Shown here: in pieces, positions 1 through 11,565 of the stretch | How the letters are laid out: each line of letters opens with the position of its first letter | Position numbering within the stretch: the first letter of the stretch is position 1 | Source of the DNA: the human T2T-CHM13v2.0 reference genome, Homo sapiens | Assembly: GCF_009914755.1 (NCBI RefSeq) | Contig: NC_060927.1 | DNA length: 64,000 nucleotides | Direction: 5' to 3' (one strand) | Translations under genes and position numbers: made by a program | The notes under the pieces: model-generated | The model's database searches: none | Told to the model about the DNA's origin: nothing | What the model saw: only the letters and a program-made list of their open reading frames with translations

Positions 1-33
1 GAGAATTCTATTGTCTATCATTACACGAAGAAA

Positions 34-50
34 TCCCGTTTACTACGAAG
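34..50 (-). promoter_or_regulatory. Non-canonical CENP-B box (CTTCGTAGTAAACGGGA) retaining the nine essential bases; repeated in every HOR copy
   Basis: Plus strand tcccgtttactacgaag; its reverse complement fits NTTCGNNNNANNCGGGN. Confidence 0.8.
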
Positions 51-372
51 GCCTCAAAGAGGTCCAAATATCCAGCTGCAGACATTACAAACTGAGTGTT
101 TCCAAAGTGCTCTATGAAAAGAAGTGTTAAACACTGTGAGTTCAATGCACACATCCCAAAGCAGTTTCTGAGAATGATGCCGTCTATTTTTTCTACGAAG
201 ATATTTCCTTTTCTGCCGTTGGCCTCAAAGCGCTTGAAATCTCCACTTGCAAATTCCACAAAAAGAGAGTTTCAAATCTGCTCTGTCTAAAGGAAGGTTC
301 AACTCTGTGAGTTGAATACACACCACAAAAAGAAGTTACTGAGAATTCTTCTGTCTAGCATTATATGAAAAA

Positions 373-389
373 TCCCGTTTCCAACGAAG
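373..389 (-). promoter_or_regulatory. CENP-B box (canonical), repeated per HOR
   Basis: tcccgtttccaacgaag = reverse complement of CTTCGTTGGAAACGGGA. Confidence 0.93.
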
Positions 390-710
390 GCCACAAAGAG
401 GTCCAAATATCCACTTGCAGATTCTGCAAAAAGAGTGTTTCCAAACTGCTCTATGAAAAGAAACGTTAAACTCTGTGAGTTGAACGCAAACATCACAAAG
501 TAGTTTCTGAGAATGACTCCGTCTAGTTTTTATACGAAGATATTTCCTTTCCTACCATTCACTTCAAAGCGCTTGAAGTCTCCCCCTGAAAATTCCACAA
601 AAAGTGTTTCCAATCTGCTCCGCCTAAAGGAAGCTTCAACTCTGTGACTTGAATACCCACAACCCAAAGAAGTTACTGAGAATTCTTCTGTCTAGCATTA
701 TATGAAGAAA

Positions 711-727
711 TCCCGTTTCCAACGAAG
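711..727 (-). promoter_or_regulatory. CENP-B box (canonical), repeated per HOR
   Basis: tcccgtttccaacgaag. Confidence 0.93.
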
Positions 728-1049
728 GCCTCAAATACATCCAAATATCCAGTTGCTGACTTTACAAACTGAGTGTTTCCAAACTGCTCTATGAAAAGAA
801 AGGTTAAACACTGTGAGTTGAACACACACGTACCAAAGTAGTTTCTGAGAATGATTCTGTCTAGTTTGCATACGAAGATATTTCCTTTTCTACCATTGGC
901 CTCAAAGCTCTGAAATCTCCACTTGCAAATTCCACAAAAAGAGAGTTTCAAATCTGCTGTTTCTAAAGGAAAGTTCAACTCTGAGAGTTGAATACACACC
1001 AGAAAAAGCAGTTACTGAGAAGTCTTCTGTCTAGCATTATATGAAGAAA

Positions 1050-1066
1050 TCCCATTTCCAACGAAG
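1050..1066 (-). promoter_or_regulatory. Degenerate CENP-B box (CGGG to TGGG), predicted non-binding; repeated per HOR
   Basis: tcccatttccaacgaag; the essential CpG is lost. Confidence 0.85.
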
Positions 1067-1390
1067 ACTTCAAAGAGGTCCAAATATCCACTTGCAGATT
1101 CTGCAAAAAGAGTGTTTCGAAACAACTGTATGAAAAGAAAGGTTAAACACTGTGAGTTGAACGCACACATTGCAAAGCGGTTTCTGAGAATGATTCCGTC
1201 TAATTATTATACGAAGGTATTTCCTTTTCTATCATTGGCCTCAAAGCGCTTGATACCTCCACCTGAAAATTCCACAAAAAGAGTGTTTCCAATCTACTCT
1301 GTCTAAAGGAACGTTCAACTCTGTGAGTTGAATACACACACACAGAAAGAATTCACTGAGAATTCTTCTGTCTGGCAGTACATGAAGAAA

Positions 1391-1407
1391 TCCCGTTTCC
1401 AACGAAG
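1391..1407 (-). promoter_or_regulatory. CENP-B box (canonical), repeated per HOR
   Basis: tcccgtttccaacgaag. Confidence 0.93.
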
Positions 1408-1904
1408 GCCTCAAAGAGGTCCAAATATCCACTTGCAGATTCTGCAAAAAGAGTGTTTCAAAACCGCTCCATTAAAAGGAATGTTGAACTCTGTGAGTTG
1501 AATGCAAACATCACAACTCAGTTTCTGAGAATGCTTCTGACTAGATTTTATGGTAAGATATTTCCTTTTCTACCGTAGGCTTCAATGCCCTCTAAATACA
1601 CCCTTGCAAATTCTACAAAGAGACTGTTTCATAACTGCTCTATAGGAAGAAAGGTTGAACTCTGTGAGTTGAATGCAGAGATCACAACGTGGTTTCTGCG
1701 AATGATTCTTTGTAGTTTTTACATGAAGATATTTCGTTGTCAACCGTAGGCTTCAAAGCACTCAAAGTATTCACTTGGAACTTTTACAAAAAGAGTGTTA
1801 GAAAACTGCTCTTTCCAAAGTAAGGTTCAACTCTGTGAGTTGAATGCACACATAACAATCAAGAAGTTTCTGAGAATTCTTCTGTCCTGGTTTATATGAA
1901 AAAA

Positions 1905-1921
1905 TCCCGTTTCCAACGAAG
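1905..1921 (-). promoter_or_regulatory. CENP-B box (canonical), repeated per HOR
   Basis: tcccgtttccaacgaag. Confidence 0.93.
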
Positions 1922-2243
1922 GCCTCAAAGACGTTTAAATATCCACTTGCAGACTTCACAAACAGAGGGTTTCCAAACTGCTCTATGAAAAGAAAGGTTA
2001 AACTCTGTGAGTTGAACGCACACATCACAAAGTAGCTTCTGAGAATGATACTGTCTAGTTTTTATACGAAGATATTTCCTTTCTACCATTGGCGTCAAAG
2101 CGCTAGAATTCTCCACTTGCAAATTCCACAAAAAGAGTGTTTCCAATCTGCTCTGTCTAAAGGAAGGTTCAACTCTGTGAGTTGAATACACACACACAAA
2201 GAAGCTACTGAGAATTCTTTTTTCAAGAAATTATAAGAAGAAA

Positions 2244-2260
2244 TCCCGTTTCCAACGAAG
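2244..2260 (-). promoter_or_regulatory. CENP-B box (canonical), repeated per HOR
   Basis: tcccgtttccaacgaag. Confidence 0.93.
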
Positions 2261-2584
2261 GCCTCAAAGAGTTCCAAATATCCACTTGCACACTGCACAA
2301 ACTAAGTCTTTCCAAACTGCTCTATGCAAAGAAATGTTCAACTCTGTGAGTTTAATACACACATCACAAAGCAGTTTCTGAGAATGATACTGTCTAGTTT
2401 TTATACGAAGATATTTCCTTTTGTACCATTGGCCTCATACTGCTAGAATTTTCCACTTGCAAATTCCACAAAAAGAGTGTTTCCAATCCGCTCTGTCTAA
2501 AGGAAGGTTCAACTCTCTGATTTGAATACATACATCCCAAAAGAAGTTACTGAGAATTCTTCTGTCTAGCATTATGTGAAGAAA

Positions 2585-2601
2585 TCCCGTTTCCAACGAA
2601 A
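2585..2601 (-). promoter_or_regulatory. CENP-B box (canonical, TTTCG form), repeated per HOR
   Basis: tcccgtttccaacgaaa = reverse complement of TTTCGTTGGAAACGGGA. Confidence 0.92.
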
Positions 2602-2892
2602 GCCTCAAAGAGGTCCAAATATCCAGTTGCAGAATTTACAAACTGACTGTTTCCAAACTCATCTATGAAAAGAAAGGTTAAACTCTGGGAGTTGAATGCA
2701 CATATCACAAAGTAGTTCCTGAGAATGATTCTGTCTAGTTTTCATACGAAGATATTTCCTTTTCCACCAATGGCCTCAAAGTGCTTGAAATCTCCCCTTG
2801 CAAATTCCACAGACAAGTGTCTCAAATCTGCACTGTCTAAAGGAAGGTTCAACCCTGTGAGTTGAATACACACACACAGAAAAAAATTCACT

Positions 2893-5783
2893 GAGAATTC
2901 TATTGTCTATCATTACACGAAGAAATCCCGTTTACTACGAAGGCCTCAAAGAGGTCCAAATATCCAGCTGCAGACATTACAAACTGAGTGTTTCCAAAGT
3001 GCTCTATGAAAAGAAGTGTTAAACACTGTGAGTTCAATGCACACATCCCAAAGCAGTTTCTGAGAATGATGCCGTCTATTTTTTCTACGAAGATATTTCC
3101 TTTTCTGCCGTTGGCCTCAAAGCGCTTGAAATCTCCACTTGCAAATTCCACAAAAAGAGAGTTTCAAATCTGCTCTGTCTAAAGGAAGGTTCAACTCTGT
3201 GAGTTGAATACACACCACAAAAAGAAGTTACTGAGAATTCTTTTGTCTAGCATTATATGAAAAATCCCGTTTCCAACGAAGGCCACAAAGAGGTCCAAAT
3301 ATCCACTTGCAGATTATGCAAAAAGAGTGTTTCCAAACTGCTCTATGAAAAGAAACGTTAAACTCTGTGAGTTGAACGCAAACATCACAAAGTAGTTTCT
3401 GAGAATGACTCCGTCTAGTTTTTATACGAAGATATTTCCTTTCCTACCATTCACTTCAAAGCGCTTGAAGTCTCCCCCTGAAAATTCCACAAAAAGTGTT
3501 TCCAATCTGCTCCGCCTAAAGGAAGCTTCAACTCTGTGACTTGAATACCCACAACCCAAAGAAGTTACTGAGAATTCTTCTGTCTAGCATTATATGAAGA
3601 AATCCCGTTTCCAACGAAGGCCTCAAATACATCCAAATATCCAGTTGCTGACTTTACAAACTGAGTGTTTCCAAACTGCTCTATGAAAAGAAAGGTTAAA
3701 CACTGTGAGTTGAACACACACGTACCAAAGTAGTTTCTGAGAATGATTCTGTCTAGTTTGCATACGAAGATATTTCCTTTTCTACCATTGGCCTCAAAGC
3801 TCTGAAATCTCCACTTGCAAATTCCACAAAAAGAGAGTTTCAAATCTGCTGTTTCTAAAGGAAAGTTCAACTCTGAGAGTTGAATACACACCAGAAAAAG
3901 CAGTTACTGAGAAGTCTTCTGTCTAGCATTATATGAAGAAATCCCATTTCCAACGAAGACTTCAAAGAGGTCCAAATATCCACTTGCAGATTCTGCAAAA
4001 AGAGTGTTTCGAAACAACTGTATGAAAAGAAAGGTTAAACACTGTGAGTTGAACGCACACATTGCAAAGCGGTTTCTGAGAATGATTCCGTCTAATTATT
4101 ATACGAAGGTATTTCCTTTTCTATCATTGGCCTCAAAGCGCTTGATACCTCCACCTGAAAATTCCACAAAAAGAGTGTTTCCAATCTACTCTGTCTAAAG
4201 GAACGTTCAACTCTGTGAGTTGAATACACACACACAGAAAGAATTCACTGAGAATTCTTCTGTCTGGCATTACATGAAGAAATCCCGTTTCCAACGAAGG
4301 CCTCAAAGAGGTCCAAATATCCACTTGCAGATTCTGCAAAAAGAGTGTTTCAAAACCGCTCCATTAAAAGGAATGTTGAACTCTGTGAGTTGAATGGAAA
4401 CATCACAACTCAGTTGCTGAGAATGCTTCTGACTAGATTTTATGGTAAGATATTTCCTTTTCTACCGTAGGCTTCAATGCCCTCTAAATACACCCTTGCA
4501 AATTCTACAAAGAGACTGTTTCATAACTGCTCTATAGGAAGAAAGGTTGAACTCTGTGAGTTGAATGCAGAGATCACAACGTGGTTTCTGCGAATGATTC
4601 TTTGTAGTTTTTACATGAAGATATTTCGTTGTCAACCGTAGGCTTCAAAGCACTCAAAGTATTCACTTGGAACTTTTACAAAAAGAGTGTTAGAAAACTG
4701 CTCTTTCCAAAGTAAGGTTCAACTCTGTGAGTTGAATGCACACATAACAATCAAGAAGTTTCTGAGAATTCTTCTGTCCTGGTTTATATGAAAAAATCCC
4801 GTTTCCAACGAAGGCCTCAAAGACGTTTAAATATCCACTTGCAGACTTCACAAACAGAGGGTTTCCAAACTGCTCTATGAAAAGAAAGGTTAAACTCTGT
4901 GAGTTGAACGCACACATCACAAAGTAGCTTCTGAGAATGATACTGTCTAGTTTTTATACGAAGATATTTCCTTTCTACCATTGGCGTCAAAGCGCTAGAA
5001 TTCTCCACTTGCAAATTCCACAAAAAGAGTGTTTCCAATCTGCTCTGTCTAAAGGAAGGTTCAACTCTGTGAGTTGAATACACACACACAAAGAAGCTAC
5101 TGAGAATTCTTTTGTCAAGAATTATAAGAAGAAATCCCGTTTCCAACGAAGGCCTCAAAGAGTTCCAAATATCCACTTGCACACTGCACAAACTAAGTCT
5201 TTCCAAACTGCTCTATGCAAAGAAATGTTCAACTCTGTGAGTTTAATACACACATCACAAAGCAGTTTCTGAGAATGATACTGTCTAGTTTTTATACGAA
5301 GATATTTCCTTTTGTACCATTGGCCTCATACTGCTAGAATTTTCCACTTGCAAATTCCACAAAAAGAGTGTTTCCAATCCGTTCTGTCTAAAGGAAGGTT
5401 CAACTCTCTGATTTGAATACATACATCCCAAAAGAAGTTACTGAGAATTCTTCTGTCTAGCATTATGTGAAGAAATCCCGTTTCCAACGAAAGCCTCAAA
5501 GAGGTCCAAATATCCAGTTGCAGAATTTACAAACTGACTGTTTCCAAACTCATCTATGAAAAGAAAGGTTAAACTCTGGGAGTTGAATGCACATATCACA
5601 AAGTAGTTCCTGAGAATGATTCTGTCTAGTTTTCATACGAAGATATTTCCTTTTCCACCAATGGCCTCAAAGTGCTTGAAATCTCCCCTTGCAAATTCCA
5701 CAGACAAGTGTTTCAAATCTGCACTGTCTAAAGGAAGGTTCAACCCTGTGAGTTGAATACACACACACAGAAAAAAATTCACT
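2893..5783 (-). repeat. HOR copy 2 (2891 bp)
   Basis: Unit start motif at 2893 and 5784. Confidence 0.95.
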
Positions 5784-8674
5784 GAGAATTCTATTGTCTA
5801 TCATTACACGAAGAAATCCCGTTTACTACGAAGGCCTCAAAGAGGTCCAAATATCCAGCTGCAGACATTACAAACTGAGTGTTTCCAAAGTGCTCTATGA
5901 AAAGAAGTGTTAAACACTGTGAGTTCAATGCACACATCCCAAAGCAGTTTCTGAGAATGATTCCGTCTATTTTTTCTACGAAGATATTTCCTTTTCTGCC
6001 GTTGGCCTCAAAGCGCTTGAAATCTCCACTTGCAAATTCCACAAAAAGAGAGTTTCAAATCTGCTCTGTCTAAAGGAAGGTTCAACTCTGTGAGTTGAAT
6101 ACACACCACAAAAAGAAGTTACTGAGAATTCTTCTGTCTAGCATTATATGAAAAATCCCGTTTCCAACGAAGGCCACAAAGAGGTCCAAATATCCACTTG
6201 CAGATTCTGCAAAAAGAGTGTTTCCAAACTGCTCTATGAAAAGAAACGTTAAACTCTGTGAGTTGAACGCAAACATCACAAAGTAGTTTCTGAGAATGAC
6301 TCCGTCTAGTTTTTATACGAAGATATTTCCTTTCCTACCATTCACTTCAAAGCGCTTGAAGTCTCCCCCTGAAAATTCCACAAAAAGTGTTTCCAATCTG
6401 CTCCGCCTAAAGGAAGCTTCAACTCTGTGACTTGAATACCCACAACCCAAAGAAGTTACTGAGAATTCTTCTGTCTAGCATTATATGAAGAAATCCCGTT
6501 TCCAACGAAGGCCTCAAATACATCCAAATATCCAGTTGCTGACTTTACAAACTGAGTGTTTCCAAACTGCTCTATGAAAAGAAAGGTTAAACACTGTGAG
6601 TTGAACACACACGTACCAAAGTAGTTTCTGAGAATGATTCTGTCTAGTTTGCATACGAAGATATTTCCTTTTCTACCATTGGCCTCAAAGCTCTGAAATC
6701 TCCACTTGCAAATTCCACAAAAAGAGAGTTTCAAATCTGCTGTTTCTAAAGGAAAGTTCAACTCTGAGAGTTGACTACACACCAGAAAAAGCAGTTACTG
6801 AGAAGTCTTCTGTCTAGCATTATATGAAGAAATCCCATTTCCAACGAAGACTTCAAAGAGGTCCAAATATCCACTTGCAGATTCTGCAAAAAGAGTGTTT
6901 CGAAACAACTGTATGAAAAGAAAGGTTAAACACTGTGAGTTGAACGCACACATTGCAAAGCGGTTTCTGAGAATGATTCCGTCTAATTATTATACGAAGG
7001 TATTTCCTTTTCTATCATTGGCCTCAAAGCGCTTGATACCTCCACCTGAAAATTCCACAAAAAGAGTGTTTCCAATCTACTCTGTCTAAAGGAACGTTCA
7101 ACTCTGTGAGTTGAATACACACACACAGAAAGAATTCACTGAGAATTCTTCTGTCTGGCATTACATGAAGAAATCCCGTTTCCAACGAAGACCTCAAAGA
7201 GGTCCAAATATCCACTTGCAGATTCTGCAAAAAGAGTGTTTCAAAACCGCTCCATTAAAAGGAATGTTGAACTCTGTGAGTTGAATGCAAACATCACAAC
7301 TCAGTTGCTGAGAATGCTTCTGACTAGATTTTATGGTAAGATATTTCCTTTTCTACCGTAGGCTTCAATGCCCTCTAAATACACCCTTGCAAATTCTACA
7401 AAGAGACTGTTTCATAACTGCTCTATAGGAAGAAAGGTTGAACTCTGTGAGTTGAATGCAGAGATCACAACGTGGTTTCTGCGAATGATTCTTTGTAGTT
7501 TTTACATGAAGATATGTCGTTGTCAACCGTAGGCTTCAAAGCACTCAAAGTATTCACTTGGAACTTTTACAAAAAGAGTGTTAGAAAACTGCTCTTTCCA
7601 AAGTAAGGTTCAACTCTGTGAGTTGAATGCACACATAACAATCAAGACGTTTCTGAGAATTCTTCTGTCCTGGTTTATATGAAAAAATCCCGTTTCCAAC
7701 GAAGGCCTCAAAGACGTTTAAATATCCACTTGCAGACTTCACAAACAGAGGGTTTCCAAACTGCTCTATGAAAAGAAAGGTTAAACTCTGTGAGTTGAAC
7801 GCACACATCACAAAGTAGCTTCTGAGAATGATACTGTCTAGTTTTTATACGAAGATATTTCCTTTCTACCATTGGCGTCAAAGCGCTAGAATTCTCCGCT
7901 TGCAAATTCCACAAAAAGAGTGTTTCCAATCTGCTCTGTCTAAAGGAAGGTTCAACTCTGTGAGTTGAATACACACACACAAAGAAGCTACTGAGAATTC
8001 TTTTGTCAAGAATTATAAGAAGAAATCCCGTTTCCAACGAAGGCCTCAAAGAGTTCCAAATATCCACTTGCACACTGCACAAACTAAGTCTTTCCAAACT
8101 GCTCTATGCAAAGAAATGTTCAACTCTGTGAGTTTAATACACACATCACAAAGCAGTTTCTGAGAATGATACTGTCTAGTTTTTATACGAAGATATTTCC
8201 TTTTGTACCATTGGCCTCATACTGCTAGAATTTTCCACTTGCAAATTCCACAAAAAGAGTGTTTCCAATCCGCTCTGTCTAAAGGAAGGTTCAACTCTCT
8301 GATTTGAATACATACATCCCAAAAGAAGTTACTGAGAATTCTTCTGTCTAGCATTATGTGAAGAAATCCCGTTTCCAACGAAAGCCTCAAAGAGGTCCAA
8401 ATATCCAGTTGCAGAATTTACAAACTGACTGTTTCCAAACTCATCTATGAAAAGAAAGGTTAAACTCTGTGAGTTGAATGCACATATCACAAAGTAGTTC
8501 CTGAGAATGATTCTGTCTAGTTTTCATACGAAGATATTTCCTTTTCCACCAATGGCCTCAAAGTGCTTGAAATCTCCCCTTGCAAATTCCACAGACAAGT
8601 GTTTCAAATCTGCACTGTCTAAAGGAAGGTTCAACCCTGTGAGTTGAATACACACACACAGAAAAAAATTCACT
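5784..8674 (-). repeat. HOR copy 3 (2891 bp)
   Basis: Unit start motif at 5784 and 8675. Confidence 0.95.
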
Positions 8675-11565
8675 GAGAATTCTATTGTCTATCATTACAC
8701 GAAGAAATCCCGTTTACTACGAAGGCCTCAAAGAGGTCCAAATATCCAGCTGCAGACATTACAAACTGAGTGTTTCCAAAGTGCTCTATGAAAAGAAGTG
8801 TTAAACACTGTGAGTTCAATGCACACATCCCAAAGCAGTTTCTGAGAATGATGCCGTCTATTTTTTCTACGAAGATATTTCCTTTTCTGCCGTTGGCCTC
8901 AAAGCGCTTGAAATCTCCACTTGCAAATTCCACAAAAAGAGAGTTTCAAATCTGCTCTGTCTAAAGGAAGGTTCAACTCTGTGAGTTGAATACACACCAC
9001 AAAAAGAAGTTACTGAGAATTCTTCTGTCTAGCATTATATGAAAAATCCCGTTTCCAACGAAGGCCACAAAGAGGTCCAAATATCCACTTGCAGATTCTG
9101 CAAAAAGAGTGTTTCCAAACTGCTCTATGAAAAGAAACGTTAAACTCTGTGAGTTGAACGCAAACATCACAAAGTAGTTTCTGAGAATGACTCCGTCTAG
9201 TTTTTATACGAAGATATTTCCTTTCCTACCATTCACTTCAAAGCGCTTGAAGTCTCCCCCTGAAAATTCCACAAAAAGTGTTTCCAATCTGCTCCGCCTA
9301 AAGGAAGCTTCAACTCTGTGACTTGAATACCCACAACCCAAAGAAGTTACTGAGAATTCTTCTGTCTAGCATTATATGAAGAAATCCCGTTTCCAACGAA
9401 GGCCTCAAATACATCCAAATATCCAGTTGCTGACTTTACAAACTGAGTGTTTCCAAACTGCTCTATGAAAAGAAAGGTTAAACACTGTGAGTTGAACACA
9501 CACGTACCAAAGTAGTTTCTGAGAATGATTCTGTCTAGTTTGCATACGAAGATATTTCCTTTTCTACCATTGGCCTCAAAGCTCTGAAATCTCCACTTGC
9601 AAATTCCACAAAAAGAGAGTTTCAAATCTGCTGTTTCTAAAGGAAAGTTCAACTCTGAGAGTTGAATACACACCAGAAAAAGCAGTTACTGAGAAGTCTT
9701 CTGTCTAGCATTATATGAAGAAATCCCATTTCCAACGAAGACTTCAAAGAGGTCCAAATATCCACTTGCAGATTCTGCAAAAAGAGTGTTTCGAAACAAC
9801 TGTATGAAAAGAAAGGTTAAACACTGTGAGTTGAACGCACACATTGCAAAGCGGTTTCTGAGAATGATTCCGTCTAATTATTATACGAAGGTATTTCCTT
9901 TTCTATCATTGGCCTCAAAGCGCTTGATACCTCCACCTGAAAATTCCACAAAAAGAGTGTTTCCAATCTACTCTGTCTAAAGGAACGTTCAACTCTGTGA
10001 GTTGAATACACACACACAGAAAGAATTCACTGAGAATTCTTCTGTCTGGCATTACATGAAGAAATCCCGTTTCCAACGAAGGCCTCAAAGAGGTCCAAAT
10101 ATCCACTTGCAGATTCTGCAAAAAGAGTGTTTCAAAACCGCTCCATTAAAAGGAATGTTGAACTCTGTGAGTTGAATGCAAACATCACAACTCAGTTGCT
10201 GAGAATGCTTCTGACTAGATTTTATGGTAAGATATTTCCTTTTCTACCGTAGGCTTCAATGCCCTCTAAATACACCCTTGCAAATTCTACAAAGAGACTG
10301 TTTCATAACTGCTCTATAGGAAGAAAGGTTGAACTCTGTGAGTTGAATGCAGAGATCACAACGTGGTTTCTGCGAATGATTCTTTGTAGTTTTTACAGGA
10401 AGATATTTCGTTGTCAACCGTAGGCTTCAAAGCACTCAAAGTATTCACTTGGAACTTTTACAAAAAGAGTGTTAGAAAACTGCTCTTTCCAAAGTAAGGT
10501 TCAACTCTGTGAGTTGAATGCACACATAACAATCAAGAAGTTTCTGAGAATTCTTCTGTCCTGGTTTATATGAAAAAATCCCGTTTCCAACGAAGGCCTC
10601 AAAGACGTTTAAATATCCACTTGCAGACTTCACAAACAGAGGGTTTCCAAACTGCTCTATGAAAAGAAAGGTTAAACTCTGTGAGTTGAACGCACACATC
10701 ACAAAGTAGCTTCTGAGAATGATACTGTCTAGTTTTTATACGAAGATATTTCCCTTCTACCATTGGCGTCAAAGCGCTAGAATTCTCCACTTGCAAATTC
10801 CACAAAAAGAGTGTTTCCAATCTGCTCTGTCTAAAGGAAGGTTCAACTCTGTGAGTTGAATACACACACACAAAGAAGCTACTGAGAATTCTTTTGTCAA
10901 GAATTATAAGAAGAAATCCCGTTTCCAACGAAGGCCTCAAAGAGTTCCAAATATCCACTTGCACACTGCACAAACTAAGTCTTTCCAAACTGCTCTATGC
11001 AAAGAAATGTTCAACTCTGTGAGTTTAATACACACATCACAAAGCAGTTTCTGAGAATGATACTGTCTAGTTTTTATACGAAGATATTTCCTTTTGTACC
11101 ATTGGCCTCATACTGCTAGAATTTTCCACTTGCAAATTCCACAAAAAGAGTGTTTCCAATCCGTTCTGTCTAAAGGAAGGTTCAACTCTCTGATTTGAAT
11201 ACATACATCCCAAAAGAAGTTACTGAGAATTCTTCTGTCTAGCATTATGTGAAGAAATCCCGTTTCCAACGAAAGCCTCAAAGAGGTCCAAATATCCAGT
11301 TGCAGAATTTACAAACTGACTGTTTCCAAACTCATCTATGAAAAGAAAGGTTAAACTCTGGGAGTTGAATGCACATATCACAAAGTAGTTCCTGAGAATG
11401 ATTCTGTCTAGTTTTCATACGAAGATATTTCCTTTTCCACCAATGGCCTCAAAGTGCTTGAAATCTCCCCTTGCAAATTCCACAGACAAGTGTTTCAAAT
11501 CTGCACTGTCTAAAGGAAGGTTCAACCCTGTGAGTTGAATACACACACACAGAAAAAAATTCACT
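8675..11565 (-). repeat. HOR copy 4 (2891 bp)
   Basis: Unit start motif at 8675 and 11566. Confidence 0.95.

Larger units (their letters stand above)
1..2892 (-). repeat. HOR copy 1 (2892 bp; phase set by window start)
   Basis: gagaattctattgtctatca recurs at 2893; carries the +1 variant ttttttcaagaaatt near 2218-2232. Confidence 0.95.

Noticed and set aside
1732-1748. Plus-strand CENP-B-box look-alike tttcgttgtcaaccgta, opposite to the true boxes
   Set aside because: It fails three essential positions (A10 and two Gs of CGGG) and sits at the ordinary A-type box position, so it is neither an inversion nor a predicted site.
2868-2886. Short (CA)n and A runs such as tacacacacacagaaaaaaa
   Set aside because: These are fixed parts of particular alpha monomers with the same length in each HOR copy, not independent microsatellites.
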